From the NCBI GenBank assembly GCA_047602405.1, contig JASGHJ010000002.1:192001-256000 (forward strand): DNA of 64,000 nt, given 5' to 3'. The position numbers and the translations under genes were made by a program. The first letter of the stretch is position 1. The number at the start of each line of letters is the position of its first letter. The notes under the pieces were generated by a model. It searched no databases. It saw only the letters and a list, made by a program, of their open reading frames with translations, and was not told where the DNA came from. This document shows, piece by piece, positions 10,835-22,734 of the stretch. Source of the DNA: Anaeromyxobacteraceae bacterium. Its GTDB lineage: Bacteria; Myxococcota; Myxococcia; Myxococcales; Anaeromyxobacteraceae.

Positions 10835-11808
10835 GGGGTGACCACCTTCTGGGAGATCGTGCCGAACGGGGAGCGGCCCGCCGCGTCCCGGACCTCGATC
10901 TCGACGGTGTCGCCGGCCTGCAGGAACCGGGTCCGCGCGCCGCCGTGCTCGATCATCTCCCGCGCCCGCACCTCGGCGATGCAGGAGTAGCCGCGGGCGG
11001 GGTCCTCGTTCGAGATGGTGCCGCTCCCGAGGATGGTGCCGGCGGTGAAGCCGCGGGTCCTCGCGACGTGCGCGAGGAGGTCGTGGAAGGAGAAGTGCAT
11101 CTCGGGGCCGGTGTCGGTCGAGCCGACCTCCTTCCCGTTCCAGCGCACGTGCATGCGCAGGTGCAGCCGGCCGTCGCGCCAGGCCGGGCCGAGCTCGTCG
11201 GGCGTCACCGCGAACGGGGAGAACGCCGTCGCCGGCTTCGACTGGAAGAAGCCGAAGCCCTTCGCGAGCTCGGGCGGGACGAGGTTGCGGTGGGTGACGT
11301 CGTTCGCGAGCAGCACGAGCCGCACGTGGCGGCCGGCGTCCGCGGCGGTCGTGCCGCGCGGCACGTCGCCGAGCACGACGCAGACCTCCGCCTCGAAGTC
11401 CATGCCCCAGGCCGGATCCGGGAGCGGGATGTCCTCGGTGGGCGCGAGCAGCACGCCCGAGCCGCCCTGGTAGACGAGGGGATCGGTCTCGAGGGTCGGC
11501 GGCGGCTCGGCGCCCCGGGCCTTCCGCACGAGGCGCACGTGGGTGAGGTAGGCCGACCCGTCCACCCACTCGTACGCGCGCGGCAGGGGAGAGAGGAGCG
11601 CCTTCGGATCGAGCGGCCGCGAGGGCGCGCGCCCGGCGTCGAGCTCGGCGGCGAGCGCGCGCAGGGGGCCCTCGCAGGCGTCCCAGCGGTCGAGCGCGGC
11701 CTGCAGCGTCGTCGCGATGGCCCCGGCGTCCGCGTACGCGGCGCCGTCCCGGCGGACCACGGCGAGCCGCCCGTCCCGGCTGCCGTCCTTCAGCGTGGCG
11801 AGTCGCAT
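10831..11808 (-). CDS. Fumarylacetoacetate hydrolase family protein
   Basis: MRLATLKDGSRDG, DGSAY, DFEAE, NDVT, QSKP, GSGTISN; first gene of the homogentisate operon. Confidence 0.9.
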   Translation of the reverse strand: MRLATLKDGSRDGRLAVVRRDGAAYADAGAIATTLQAALDRWDACEGPLRALAAELDAGRAPSRPLDPKALLSPLPRAYEWVDGSAYLTHVRLVRKARGAEPPPTLETDPLVYQGGSGVLLAPTEDIPLPDPAWGMDFEAEVCVVLGDVPRGTTAADAGRHVRLVLLANDVTHRNLVPPELAKGFGFFQSKPATAFSPFAVTPDELGPAWRDGRLHLRMHVRWNGKEVGSTDTGPEMHFSFHDLLAHVARTRGFTAGTILGSGTISNEDPARGYSCIAEVRAREMIEHGGARTRFLQAGDTVEIEVRDAAGRSPFGTISQKVVTP

Positions 11809-11922
11809 CGGCCGTGGGTGTAGCGCAGGACCCGCGGTCTGGCGAGGCTCGTGGGGTGCCCCCTTCGGGAGCGGTCCACGTTGCGCCGCGGCGCGACACC
11901 CCGCTATGGGAGGAGGGACTCC

Positions 11923-13089
11923 GTGCCCGGCCTCGAGATCACCGTCGTCGACTCCATCCTCGACGTGCCCGCGGAGGCCTGGGACGCCCTCCACGCGCAC
12001 GAGCCGGTCGCGGCGACCCCCTTCCTCCGCCACGCGTTCCTCGCGGCCATGGAGGCGAGCGGGTCGGCCTCACCGCGCTCCGGCTGGCACGCGCGGCACC
12101 TCCTCGCCCGCCGGGGCCGCACCCTCGTCGGGGCCGCGCCGGCCTACCGGCGCGACGGCTCCGACGGGGACTTCTCGCGCGACTGGCAGTGGGCCTCCGC
12201 GGCCGAGCGCGCCGGGGTCCCGTACTACCCGAAGCTCCTGCTCGCGGTGCCCTTCAGCCCCACGACCGGCCGCCGGGTGCTCGCCGCCGAGGGCGAGGAC
12301 CGCGCCGCGATCGTCGCCGCGATCGTGGACGAGGCCCGGGCGCTGGCGCGGCGGGAGGGCATGCACGCGCTCCAGGTCCTCTTCCCGGGGCCGGACGAGG
12401 CGGCGGAGCTCGAGGCGGCCGGCCTCGCCCCGCGCATCGACTTCCAGTACCACTGGGTGAACGCGGGCTACGCGAGCCCGGACGACTTCCTCGCGCGGTT
12501 CCCGTCGAAGCGGCGCAACGCGCTCCGGCGCGAGCGCCGCGCCCCCGCGGAGCAGGGCATCACCATCCGCACCGTGCGCGGGGACGAGCTCTCGCGCGAC
12601 CCGGAGGGCTGGGCGAAGGCCTGCTTCGCCCTCCACCGGCGCACGACCGACAAGATGGTGTGGGGCATGCGCTGGGTGAACCAGCGCTTCTACGAGGCGG
12701 CCATCCGCGGGCTCCCCGACGCGGTCGAGGTGGTGGAGGCGCGCCGCGAGGGGCGGATGATCGGCATGGCCTTCAACCTCGCCTCCGCCGAGCGGCTCTA
12801 CGGGCGCTACTGGGGCTGCTCGGAGGAGCACCCGTTCCTCCACTTCAACGTCGCGCTCTACCACTCCATCGACGAGTGCATCCGCCGGGGCACGAAGATC
12901 TTCGAGGGCGGCGCCGGCGGCGAGCACAAGGTGGCGCGCGGCTTCGAGCCCGCCGAGACCTGGAGCGCGCACGCGTTCCTCGACCCGCGGATGGACCGCA
13001 GCGTCCGCGAGTACGTCGCCCACGAGCTCCGGGAGCGGCGCCTCGCCGTGCAGCAGTGGCGCGAGGAGCACCCGCGGCTCGGCGGGTAG
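11923..13089 (+). CDS. FemAB-like GNAT protein (DUF482 type)
   Basis: PFLRHAFL, YYPKLLLAVPFSP, QYHWVN, LYGRYWG, FEGGAGGEHKVARGF; GGAGG RBS before GTG 11923. Confidence 0.88.
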   Translation: MPGLEITVVDSILDVPAEAWDALHAHEPVAATPFLRHAFLAAMEASGSASPRSGWHARHLLARRGRTLVGAAPAYRRDGSDGDFSRDWQWASAAERAGVPYYPKLLLAVPFSPTTGRRVLAAEGEDRAAIVAAIVDEARALARREGMHALQVLFPGPDEAAELEAAGLAPRIDFQYHWVNAGYASPDDFLARFPSKRRNALRRERRAPAEQGITIRTVRGDELSRDPEGWAKACFALHRRTTDKMVWGMRWVNQRFYEAAIRGLPDAVEVVEARREGRMIGMAFNLASAERLYGRYWGCSEEHPFLHFNVALYHSIDECIRRGTKIFEGGAGGEHKVARGFEPAETWSAHAFLDPRMDRSVREYVAHELRERRLAVQQWREEHPRLGG

Positions 13090-13257
13090 GGCCTCCGGGC
13101 GCCCCGAAAGGGATTTCACTCCCCGGAAGATGCGCCGCGGCAGGCGACACCCACCTGCGGTGGGGCTGCGCGGGAGCTGGCCGCTCGCGGGGGCCGGCTC
13201 GCTGCGTCCGGGTTGACGATGCGTGAGATATGGCGGACGGTCGGGGGAGGAGGGACC

Positions 13258-14061
13258 ATGCGCGCTGCCGCTCCCGGTGCCTGGCTGCTCGTCGCCTCGT
13301 TCACCGCCCTGTGGGCCTGCGGGCCGGACGCGCCCGTCAACCCGGCCTGGCGCGTGGACGTGCCGATGGTCCCCTCCGCCGGGACGGGGCAGGAGTACGC
13401 GCTCCTGCACGTGGAGGAGCTGATCCTGGCCGCACGAGGCGGGTTCGACGTGACCGAGCTCTTCCGGGCCCGCTTCTGGTTCGGCTGGCACGCGCCGAGC
13501 CCCGGCAACACGATCGATCTCGAGCACGCGGTGTGGACCGAGGACGAGCTGCGGGGGTGCTCGCACGTCGAGCGCGGCCGCCTCATGCTCGACTGCACCT
13601 TCGAGGGCACGACGACGAACCCGGACCGCCTGCACCTGTCGGGCTGGATCGCCTGGTTCCCGCACACGAAGGACCGGACCTCGGGCGAGCTCGTGTGGGC
13701 GCTCCGGGGCCGGGTCGAGCACGCGAGGCTCCCGTGGGACGACACGCTCGACGAGCACGTCTCGGTGACGCTCTCACCGCAGGGCATGAAGGGCACCGTC
13801 GAGCTGAGCGGCGCCACCGGCGAGCGCAGCCCGTCTCCGGGGCCGTGGTGGTCGGTCTTGACCGTCGACGTCGGCTTCGACCCCTCCTACGTCGCGGACC
13901 TCCTCGCCGACCGGTTCCCGCTCGGCGCCTGCCAGCAGCCGGTGAGCCGTGGCACCTTCGAGACGCGGCTCCTCGTCGAGGACCCGCCGGAGCGCCTCGC
14001 GGGCCGGGTCATCTGGAGCTCCTGCACGGAGGCGACCGCGGAGTGGGGCGGGTCACCCTGA
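13258..14061 (+). CDS. Hypothetical secreted protein or lipoprotein
   Basis: GGAGG RBS, hydrophobic N-terminus ending LWAC, no recognisable domain. Confidence 0.55.
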   Translation: MRAAAPGAWLLVASFTALWACGPDAPVNPAWRVDVPMVPSAGTGQEYALLHVEELILAARGGFDVTELFRARFWFGWHAPSPGNTIDLEHAVWTEDELRGCSHVERGRLMLDCTFEGTTTNPDRLHLSGWIAWFPHTKDRTSGELVWALRGRVEHARLPWDDTLDEHVSVTLSPQGMKGTVELSGATGERSPSPGPWWSVLTVDVGFDPSYVADLLADRFPLGACQQPVSRGTFETRLLVEDPPERLAGRVIWSSCTEATAEWGGSP

Positions 14062-14823
14062 CGCCGCGCGCGCGGTCCACGCGAGCGCGAGGTCCCGGGC
14101 CCAGGCCGCCCCGCCGTGCGCCTCCGCGAGCGCGCGGGCGTCGGCGAGGAGCGCCGCGAGCCCGGCGGGCCCGAGCGCCGGGCCCACGTACGAGTGGGCG
14201 CGCAGCACCGCGGCGAGGTCGTCCGGCGACAGCGCGACGTCGTCGCGGAGGACCTCCCGTCCCTCCAGCGCCAGCCCTGCGGCCGCCGCGATGGCCTCGA
14301 CCGGCGGCGGGTGCGGGCGGGCCTTCGGGTTCGCCGCCGCGATGCGCTCGCCCAGGGCGTGCATGAACGGGGTCGGCGCGAAGGCCGGGACCACGAACGC
14401 CACCCGGCCGCCGGGCGCGAGCAGCCGCGCGAGCTCGGCCCCGGCGCGCGGCGGGTCGACCCACTGCGCCGCGTCGGCGAGCAGCGCGAGGGAGAAGGTG
14501 CGCGCGGGGAGCCCGGTGTCCTCGGCCGCGGCGTGGACGGCCTCGACCGCGAGGCCGGCGCGGGCCGCGGCGTCCGAGAGCCCGTCGAGCATCGCGCGGG
14601 CGGGCTCGACCGCCGTCACCCGGAGCCCGGCCGCGGCGAGCGGCAGCGCGAGGTGCCCGGTCCCGGCGCCGAGGTCGGCCACGCGCGCGCCCGGGCCGCC
14701 GGCGAGCGCGACGAGGCGCGCGACGAGGGCGGCCGGATACGCGGGGCGCCGCGGGTAGTCGCCCGCCATCCGGTTGAACACCCAGCGTGAAGCGTCGGAC
14801 GGGTGGACGTTTCGGCGGGACAC
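14053..14823 (-). CDS. Class I SAM-dependent methyltransferase
   Basis: YPRRPAYP, VADLGAGTG, AVEP, AAEDTGL. Confidence 0.85.
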   Translation of the reverse strand: MSRRNVHPSDASRWVFNRMAGDYPRRPAYPAALVARLVALAGGPGARVADLGAGTGHLALPLAAAGLRVTAVEPARAMLDGLSDAAARAGLAVEAVHAAAEDTGLPARTFSLALLADAAQWVDPPRAGAELARLLAPGGRVAFVVPAFAPTPFMHALGERIAAANPKARPHPPPVEAIAAAAGLALEGREVLRDDVALSPDDLAAVLRAHSYVGPALGPAGLAALLADARALAEAHGGAAWARDLALAWTARAASG

Positions 14824-14850
14824 GGGGACAGGGTAGCCGGTCTGGCCTCA

Positions 14851-14898
14851 TCCTTCGACTTCGGCCCGCCTGCGGCGGGCCTACGCTCAGGATGAGCG
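14851..14898 (+). repeat. REP-like palindromic element, copy 1
   Basis: TCCTTCGACTTC-GGCCCGCC TGC GGCGGGCC-TACGCTCAGGATGAGCG; related copies at 18539, 23553, 36179, 59469. Confidence 0.85.
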
Positions 14899-14950
14899 AG
14901 TGTCGACGAAACCCGTGCGCGGCCGCCCGGACCGGTGGTATTCGACGCGC

Positions 14951-16216
14951 ATGGCCAGGGAAGCGCTCGTCCGGCGCGCGGCGCGGGCCGCATGGGCGAC
15001 CCCGCGGGCGCGCGTGCTCACGGTCGCCGTCGCGGCGCTGGTCCTCCTCGTCGCCTGGCGCGCGGCGCGCGCCCGCGAGGTCGGCGCGCACGTCGCGGCG
15101 GTGCGGCCGCTCGTGCAGCGGGTGGTCGCGAGCGGCCGGGTCATGTCCCCCGCGCGCATCGCGCTCGCGCCGCTCGCGCCGGGGCAGGTCCTCGAGGTCG
15201 CGGTCGACGAAGGCGACCTCGTCCGGCCCGGCCAGCTCCTGCTGCGGCTCGACGCCACCTCCGCGACCGCCGCGCTCGAGCAGGCCCGCGCCCGCACCGC
15301 GGAGGCGGCCGCGCGGCTCGACCAGGTGCGCGGCCCGGGGGCGCGCTCCGCCGCCGAGCTCCTCCGCCAGGCGCAGCTCAAGGTCGCCTCCGCGCAGGCC
15401 GAGCTCGAGCGGGTGCGCAAGCTGTACGACGCCGGCGCCGCGAGCGCCCAGGCGCGCGACGACGCCCAGCGCGCGCTCGACGTCGCGCGGAGCGCGCAGG
15501 ACGCCGCGGCCGCCCAGGCCGCCTCCGCCGCGGAGGGCGCCGACCAGCGCGCCGCGGCGGCGGCGCTCCGGGGGGCGCAGGCGGCCGAGGAGGTCGCCCG
15601 CGCGGCGCTCGAGGACCGCGCGCTCCGGGCGCCCGCGGCCGGCCGCGTGCTCCTGCGCGACGTCGAGCCGGGCGACGTCGTCGGCACCGGCAAGACCGTG
15701 CTCGTCCTCTCCCGCGAGGGCGAGACCCGGCTCACCGTGCAGCCCGACGAGAAGAGCCTCGCCGTGCTCGCGCTCGGCCAGGGGGCCTCCGCGGTCGCCG
15801 ACGCGTACCCCGCGGCGCCGTTCGAGGCGAAGGTCACCTTCATCGCGCCCTCGGTCGACCCGGCGCGCGGCACGGTCGAGGTCCGCCTGGCGGTCCCCCG
15901 GCCGCCGGCGTTCCTGCGTCCGGAGATGACGGTCTCGGTGAACGTCGAGGTGGGCCGCAAGGCCGAGGCCCTGGTCGTGCCCGCCGAGGTGGTGCGTGAC
16001 GCGGCCGCCTCGCCCTGGGTGCTCACCATCGCAGGCGGGCGGGCCGAGCGCCGGCCCGTCACGCTCGGGCTCCGGGGCGAGGGGTACGTGGAGGTCACCG
16101 CGGGGCTCGCGCCCGGCGACGCCGTCATCCCGTCCTCGTCCGGCCGGGTCGAGCCGGGCGAGCGGGTCCGCGCGAGCGCACTCGCGCCGCCCGCGGGGTT
16201 CGCCCGTGCCCTTTGA
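14951..16216 (+). CDS. Efflux periplasmic adaptor (HlyD/MacA-like)
   Basis: N-terminal TM, VVASGRV, RAPAAGRV, PSVDPARGTVEVRL, LRPEMTVSVNVEV. Confidence 0.88.
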   Translation: MAREALVRRAARAAWATPRARVLTVAVAALVLLVAWRAARAREVGAHVAAVRPLVQRVVASGRVMSPARIALAPLAPGQVLEVAVDEGDLVRPGQLLLRLDATSATAALEQARARTAEAAARLDQVRGPGARSAAELLRQAQLKVASAQAELERVRKLYDAGAASAQARDDAQRALDVARSAQDAAAAQAASAAEGADQRAAAAALRGAQAAEEVARAALEDRALRAPAAGRVLLRDVEPGDVVGTGKTVLVLSREGETRLTVQPDEKSLAVLALGQGASAVADAYPAAPFEAKVTFIAPSVDPARGTVEVRLAVPRPPAFLRPEMTVSVNVEVGRKAEALVVPAEVVRDAAASPWVLTIAGGRAERRPVTLGLRGEGYVEVTAGLAPGDAVIPSSSGRVEPGERVRASALAPPAGFARAL

Positions 16217-17415
16217 GCTCTTCGTCGCGCTGCGCTACCTGCGCGAGGGGCGCGCCCAGACCGCGCTGATCCTCGGCGGCACCACCGTCGGCGTCGCCGT
16301 CATCATCTTCCTGACCGCGCTCATCTCCGGCCTGCAGGCGACGCTCGTCGACCAGACGCTGTCCTCGCAGGCGCACGTCGTGCTGCGCCGGCCGGAGCGG
16401 GTCCCGCGCGTGCTCCCGCCGGCGCCGGGCGAGGCCATCGCCGCCTCCATCGAGCGCGCGCCCGAGCGGCAGCGCTCGATCGACCAGTGGCAGGAGGTGC
16501 TGAAGATCGCGCGCGCGACCCCGGGCGTCGTCGCGGCGAGCCCCTCGGCCGAGGGCTCCGCCTTCGCGAGCCGGGGCGACGTCTCGAAGCCGGTCGCGCT
16601 CCGCGGCGTGGAGGAGGAGAGCTTCGACGCCGTGATCCGGATCGCCGGCCGCATCCAGGCGGGCCGGTTCCGGGTCGAGGGGCCGGAGGTGGTCATCGGC
16701 GCCGTGCTCGCCGACGACCTCGGGCTGCAGGTCGGCGACAAGCTCCGGCTCACCACGCCGGAGGGCGTCACCGACCTCTTCACGATCGCCGGGATCTTCG
16801 ACCTCGGCGCGAAGGACGTGAACCAGCGCTGGGTGCTCTGCTCGCTCCGCACCGCGCAGACGCTGCTCGATCTCGCGGGCGGGGCGACCACGATCGCGCT
16901 CAAGGTCGAGGACGTCTTCCAGGCGGAGAAGGTCGCCGCCGGCCTCGCCGACCGGACCGGCCTCGTGGCCGACAGCTGGATGAAGCTCAACGCCCAGCTC
17001 CTCACCGCGCTCCGCTCGCAGTCGTCGTCCTCCGCGATGATCCAGTTCTTCGTGGTGGTGGCGGTCGCGCTCGGCATCGCGAGCGTGCTCGGCGTCTCGG
17101 TCATCCAGAAGTCGCGCGAGATCGGCATCCTCAAGGCGACCGGCACGCCGACCGGCACGGTGCTGCGGATCTTCCTCGCCGAGGGCGCCATCGTCGGCGT
17201 GCTGGGCTCGGTGCTGGGCGCGGGCCTCGGGACGGCCATGGCGATGGGCTTCGCCGCCGCGGTGAAGAACCCGTACGGCGAGGCGCTCTTCCCGATCCAG
17301 CTCACCCCGGGGCTCTTCGGCCTCGCGGCCGCGGTCGCCATCGGCACCGGCGTCGTCGCGGCGGTCTTCCCGGCCCGCGTCGCGGCGCGCCTCGACCCCG
17401 CCACGGTGATCCGCC

Positions 17416-17423
<8 letters not shown>
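16206..17423 (+). CDS. LolC/E/FtsX-like ABC permease
   Basis: [41 protein letters not shown] start at 16206. Confidence 0.88.
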
Positions 17424-18137
<714 letters not shown>

Positions 18138-18141
<4 letters not shown>

Positions 18142-18506
18142 TCCCGGAGGCCATCCGCGCGGCGGCGCGCCGCGCCGTCTCGCTGCCCGGCGAGGTGCTG
18201 CTCGCCGAGTGCGAGCTCGAGTTCTTCGTGGCGGGCGGGCCCGGCGGCCAGCACCGCAACAAGACGGAGAGCGGCGTGCGGCTCTCGCACCCGCCCACCG
18301 GGGTCACCGTCACCGCGACCGAGCGGCGCAGCCAGGCGCAGAACCGGGGCGCGGCCCTCGAGCGGCTGCGCGAGCGCCTCGCGGCGCTGGCGGTGCGCCC
18401 GAAGGTGCGGCGCGCGACGAAGCCGTCCCGCGGCGCGAAGGAGCGGCGCCTGCGCGAGAAGAAGCACCAGGCCGGCAAGAAGGCCGACCGTCGCGGCGAC
18501 GAGTAG
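18138..18506 (+). CDS. Class I release-factor-like peptidyl-tRNA hydrolase (ArfB-like)
   Basis: GPGGQHRNK motif, RSQAQNR, basic tail [15 protein letters not shown]. Confidence 0.85.
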
Positions 18507-18538
18507 CGGGCCCGCCTGCTGCCGGGGGCGGGGGCGGT

Positions 18539-18585
18539 CCGTTCATCCCGAGCGTAGGCCCGCGAAGCGGGCCGGAGTCGAGGGA
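18539..18585 (-). repeat. REP-like palindromic element, copy 2
   Basis: Reverse complement reads TCCCTCGACTCCGGCCCGCTTCGCGGGCCTACGCTCGGGATGAACGG; lies between convergent genes. Confidence 0.8.
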
Positions 18586-18603
18586 CGAGCGCCCCCGTGA
18601 AAC

Positions 18604-18963
18604 TCAGCCCGCGGCGAGCTGCGACGCGAGCGGGATCGCCTCGACGAGCCCGGCGGCGACGAGCCGCTGGAGCGCGCCGCGGACCTCGTCCGGCTGGATG
18701 CCGGCCGGCTCGAGGCGCTCGACGAGATCCGGCACGCCGAGGCGGCCGGCGCGGAGCTCCCCGAGGACCGTGCCGTCGCCCGCCTGCAGCGCGAGCGGGG
18801 TGGCCCAGGCCACGAGCGCGGCGTCGAGCGCGTTGCGCCCGCTCGCGCGCGCCTGGGCGACCGTCTCGCGGTGGGCGGTGTCGGCGGCCAGCCCCGCCGC
18901 GGTGAGCGCGAACTTCTGGCCACGGGGCCAGCGCTTCGGACCGTTGCGGTGGGAGGAGAGCAT
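18604..18963 (-). CDS. Hypothetical protein, possible winged-helix C-terminus
   Basis: 119-aa ATG ORF; ends EVRGALQRLVAAGLVE. Confidence 0.55.
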   Translation of the reverse strand: MLSSHRNGPKRWPRGQKFALTAAGLAADTAHRETVAQARASGRNALDAALVAWATPLALQAGDGTVLGELRAGRLGVPDLVERLEPAGIQPDEVRGALQRLVAAGLVEAIPLASQLAAG

Positions 18964-18999
18964 GGGGGTGCGAAGCTATGCGGCCGCGCGACCCGAAAG

Positions 19000-19290
19000 T
19001 CAACCGGATCCCGCCGCCCCCGCGCGGAGCACGCGCTCCCGGCGGCGGTGCCTGAGCACGATCAGGAGCCCCGCCACGGCCGCCCCGAGCAGGAGCGCGT
19101 TCGTCGCCACGAAGACCGCGTTCCCCACGAGGGCGCTGTAGACGGTGAACCCGGTCGAGGCGGCAATCTGCCCCACGAAGAGCCAGCGGGACACCCCCTC
19201 GCTCGTGCCGTCCCGCCACTGCTTCGCGACCTGCTTCACGATCGTGGCGACCAGGATCGCCGAGGAGAGCCAGCCGATGAGCTCCGTCAC
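19000..19290 (-). CDS. Small PQ-loop/SemiSWEET-like membrane protein
   Basis: Three hydrophobic helices, IGWLSSAILVATIVKQV..TSEGVS..VFVATN; start uncertain (19290 or 19299). Confidence 0.7.
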   Translation of the reverse strand: MTELIGWLSSAILVATIVKQVAKQWRDGTSEGVSRWLFVGQIAASTGFTVYSALVGNAVFVATNALLLGAAVAGLLIVLRHRRRERVLRAGAAGSG

Positions 19291-19356
19291 CCTCCGCACG
19301 ATGGCGCTCCCGTGCGGGTTGCGCCCGGCTGCCCGCTCGGGGAGACTCCCGGGCCC

Positions 19357-20067
19357 ATGCTCGCCTCGCTCGCCGCCGCGCTCCTCGCCACGACCCCGCC
19401 GGTCACCGCGCGCCCGCCGGAGGCCGGGAGCGCGAGCGTCCACGCGCTCGTCGCGCGCTGCGTGCAGGCGCACGGCGGGCCGGCCGCCCTCGCGAGGGCC
19501 GCCCGGCAGCAGCAGGTCGGGACCGTCACCTCGCTCCTCCACCCGGGCGCCGCCGGCAAGATCGGCCGCGTCTACGAGCGGAGCGGCCGGCTCCGCGTGG
19601 AGGTGCAGTGGCCGGGCGAGGAGGGCGAGATCCGCGTGGTCGACGGCGACCGCGGCTGGCGGCAGGGGCAGGAGGCGCGGGGCGGCCACCTCGCCTCGAT
19701 GATGCTGCAGGCGGTGCGGCTCGATCTCCCCGCCACGCTCGCGAACTGGGAGGCCCGGCTCGAGGACCGCGGCGAGCAGGTGATCGCCGGGAAGAAGGTC
19801 CGGGTGCTCGCCTTCCCGTACGCGCCCGGGCTCGTCGTCGAGGCCGTGCTCGACCCCGCGAGCGGGCGGATCGTCCGCTCGCGCGGGTACTCCACCGGCG
19901 CCGAGCACGTCGAGTTCATCACGACCTACGAGGACTACCGCCTCGTGGAGGGCGTGCTCGTGGCGTTCCGCGAGGTGAACTGGGCGAACGGGAAGACCAC
20001 GGGGGAGACCGTGGTCGAGCAGGTGGGCTTCCCGGCGACGCTGCCGGCCGAGATGTGGAGGCCGTAG
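19357..20067 (+). CDS. Hypothetical secreted protein
   Basis: Signal-like N-terminus, AHGG motif, C-terminal [14 protein letters not shown]. Confidence 0.6.
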   Translation: MLASLAAALLATTPPVTARPPEAGSASVHALVARCVQAHGGPAALARAARQQQVGTVTSLLHPGAAGKIGRVYERSGRLRVEVQWPGEEGEIRVVDGDRGWRQGQEARGGHLASMMLQAVRLDLPATLANWEARLEDRGEQVIAGKKVRVLAFPYAPGLVVEAVLDPASGRIVRSRGYSTGAEHVEFITTYEDYRLVEGVLVAFREVNWANGKTTGETVVEQVGFPATLPAEMWRP

Positions 20068-20068
20068 C

Positions 20069-22616
20069 CTACGGCCCGACGCGCACGAGCGTCAGGAGCG
20101 GCTGCTCGGGGTCGAAGGCGCCGTTGAGGTCGAGCTCGGCGTGGATGGCCCAGTCGTGCTCGCCCGCCTCGTCGACGATCGCCTGCGTCACCTTCCAGCG
20201 GCGCGGGCCGTCCTCGACGAGCGTCGTGTGGTGCGCCCGGCGGGCGGCCGGGGTCACGTCGATCCGCGGGTGCTCCGCCCAGTACGGCGCGAGCTCCTTC
20301 TCGAGCGCCGCCGCGTCCCAGGTCTGGCCGGGCGCGAGCGCCGCGAGCGCGGCGGCGTGGTCCTTCCGCGCCAGCGCGACGAGCAGCGCGTGCAGCTCGT
20401 TGCGCACGCGCGCGGCGAAGGCCTTCGCGTCGGCCCAGATCGGCGGCGGGCCGAGCGCCTCGACCACCGCGGCGCGGGGGTCGACGAGCCGGGCCTGGTA
20501 GGCCGGGTCGCGCATCCGCTCCCACTCGTCGAGGAGCGACGAGTCCACCCCGCGCACGGTCGCCCGGAGGAAGGCGATGACGTCGAGGAGGTCGTCGGTG
20601 CGGTAGCCCTCGGGCACCGTCTGCACGAGCGTCTTGTACGCCTCGGTCAGGTAGCGGAGCAGCACGCCCTCCGAGCGCTGCAGCTCGTAGTCGCGCACGT
20701 AGTCGGCGAAGGTCATCCACTTCTCGACCATCTCGCGCGCGATCGACTTCGGGCGGATGTTCTCGTGGCCGACCCAGGGGTGGCGGGCGGCGAAGTCGTC
20801 GAAGGTCGCGTAGGTGAACTCGCGGTTCGGCTTCGGGTACTCGACCGTCTCGAGCTCCTTCATCCGCTCGTCGTACTCCTTGCCCTCCGCCTTCATGCGC
20901 GCGACCGCCTCGCCCTTCGCGCGGTCGAGCTGCTTCCAGAGCACGACGTCGGGGTCCTCGAGGATCGACTCGACCATCGAGAGGACGTCGAGGTGGTACG
21001 TGTCGCGCTCCGGCGAGATGCGCGGGAGCGTGTCCAGGAGGTAGAGGGACAACGTGTGGAAGATCGAGAAGTCCTTCTGCAGCCCGCGCGCGGGGCGCAG
21101 GTAGGCGCCCCGCCAGCCCTCCACCCGGTGCAGCTCCACGAGCCCCGCCTGGCGGAGCGTGCGCAGCCGCTGGGCGGCGGAGCGGCGGTGCTTCGCGCGG
21201 GTGTAGTCGTTGCCGTGCGAGCGGCCGATGAGCTCCACGAGCCGGCCGTACCCGCCGCCGCGCGCCGAGGTCTCCGACTGGAGCAGGTTCACGAGCAGCG
21301 CGAAGGTGGGCTCGAACCGGCTCTCGAGCGGCTCGGGCTCCTTCTCGCGCAGCCGCTCGAAGGTGCTCCGGTCCCAGTGGACGTAGCCCTTCTGCGGCGG
21401 CTGCTTCTTCACCACCTTCTTCCCGGCGGCGGCCTTCTCGGCGAGCTTCCTGTTCTCGACCACGTGCTCCGGCGCCTGGGCGAGCACGTAGCCGCGGTCG
21501 TCGAACCCCTTGCGCCCCGCGCGGCCGGAGAATCTGGTGGAAGTCGCGGGCCGCGAGGATGGCGGTCTTCTCGCCGTCGAACTTGCAGAGCTGCGTGAAG
21601 AGCACCGTGCGGATGGGGACGTTCACGCCCATGCCGAGCGTGTCGGTGCCGGAGACCACCTTGAGGAGCCCGCCCTGCGCGAGCTTCTCCACGAGCAGGC
21701 GGTACCGGGGGAGGAGCCCCGCGTGGTGGAGCCCGATCCCGTGGCGCAGGAACCGCTGGATCTCCTTCCCGTAGGGGGAGTCGAAGCGGAAGCCCTGGAG
21801 CTGCTCGGCGATGCGGGCCTTCTCCTCCTTCGAGGAGAAGTTGGCGCTCATCAGGTTCTGCGCCTGCTCGGCCGCGGCCCGCTGCGTGAAGTTGACGAGG
21901 TAGACCGGGGCCCGGCTCGAGCCGACGAGGTCCTCGAGCGTCTCGTGGAGCGGCGTCTCGCGGTACTCGAAGTCGAGCGGCACCGGGCGCGCGGCGCTGC
22001 GGACCGAGGCGACCTTGCGGCGGGTGGTGGCCTCGAGCGACGCCTCGATGGCCCGGGTGTCGCCGAGCGTCGCCGACATGAGGAGGAAGCGCGCGTCCTC
22101 GAGGAGGAGGAGCGGCACCTGCCAGGCCACGCCGCGCTCGCGGTCGCCGTAGTAGTGGAACTCGTCCATCACCACCGCGTCGACCTTCGGCGCGGCCTCG
22201 CGCACCGCGAGGTTCATCAGGATCTCGGCGGTGCAGCAGACGATGGGCGCGTCGCGGTTCACCGCCGCGTCGCCGGTCATCATGCCCACGTTGTCCGGCC
22301 CGAAGACGCGGCAGAGCTCGAAGAACTTCTCGTTCACGAGCGCCTTGATCGGGCAGGTGTAGAAGGAGCGCTTGCCCTCCGCCATGCACTGGTAGTGCAG
22401 GAAGGTGGCGACGAGCGACTTCCCCGAGCCGGTGGGCGTCGCGAGCACGAGGTGCTCGCCGTCGAGGAGGTGGAGGATCGCCTCCTCCTGGTGGGGGTAG
22501 AGCTCGAGCCCGGTGCCCGCCACCCACGACACGAAGCGGTCCAGGATCGCGTCGGGTGCGAGCGACTCCCCCGGAGCGGGCAGCGAGGCGGCGAGGGGGG
22601 CGGGGGCGTCTGCCAT
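20069..22616 (-). pseudogene. Ski2-like DEAD/DEAH helicase with DUF3516-type C-terminus; apparent +1 frameshift at about 21531 (probably a sequencing error)
   Basis: [35 protein letters not shown]; motif [12 protein letters not shown] is restored by deleting one base. Confidence 0.85.
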
Positions 22617-22734
22617 GGCGGGTGACGGTTTACCGCAGGCGTCCGCCATACCCAAGCAGGTTGGTTTTTCCCGATTGCACCCGGGGGGCCCCGCCTGGAT
22701 GCTGCCCTCGCACCCTCAGGAGAACCGACACCCC

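Noticed and set aside
7848..11808. Homogentisate operon as a novelty (pyomelanin electron shuttle)
   Set aside because: It is a well-known pathway, and hmgA, maiA and the FAA hydrolase look intact, so nothing indicates homogentisate accumulation.
13090..13200. Cyclic di-GMP or other riboswitch
   Set aside because: A GAAA tetraloop is present but the other conserved elements are not recognisable.
21525..21540. Programmed ribosomal frameshifting or phase variation at the four frameshift sites
   Set aside because: No slippery heptamer or long homopolymer is present; breaks fall inside conserved motifs and are best explained as sequencing errors.
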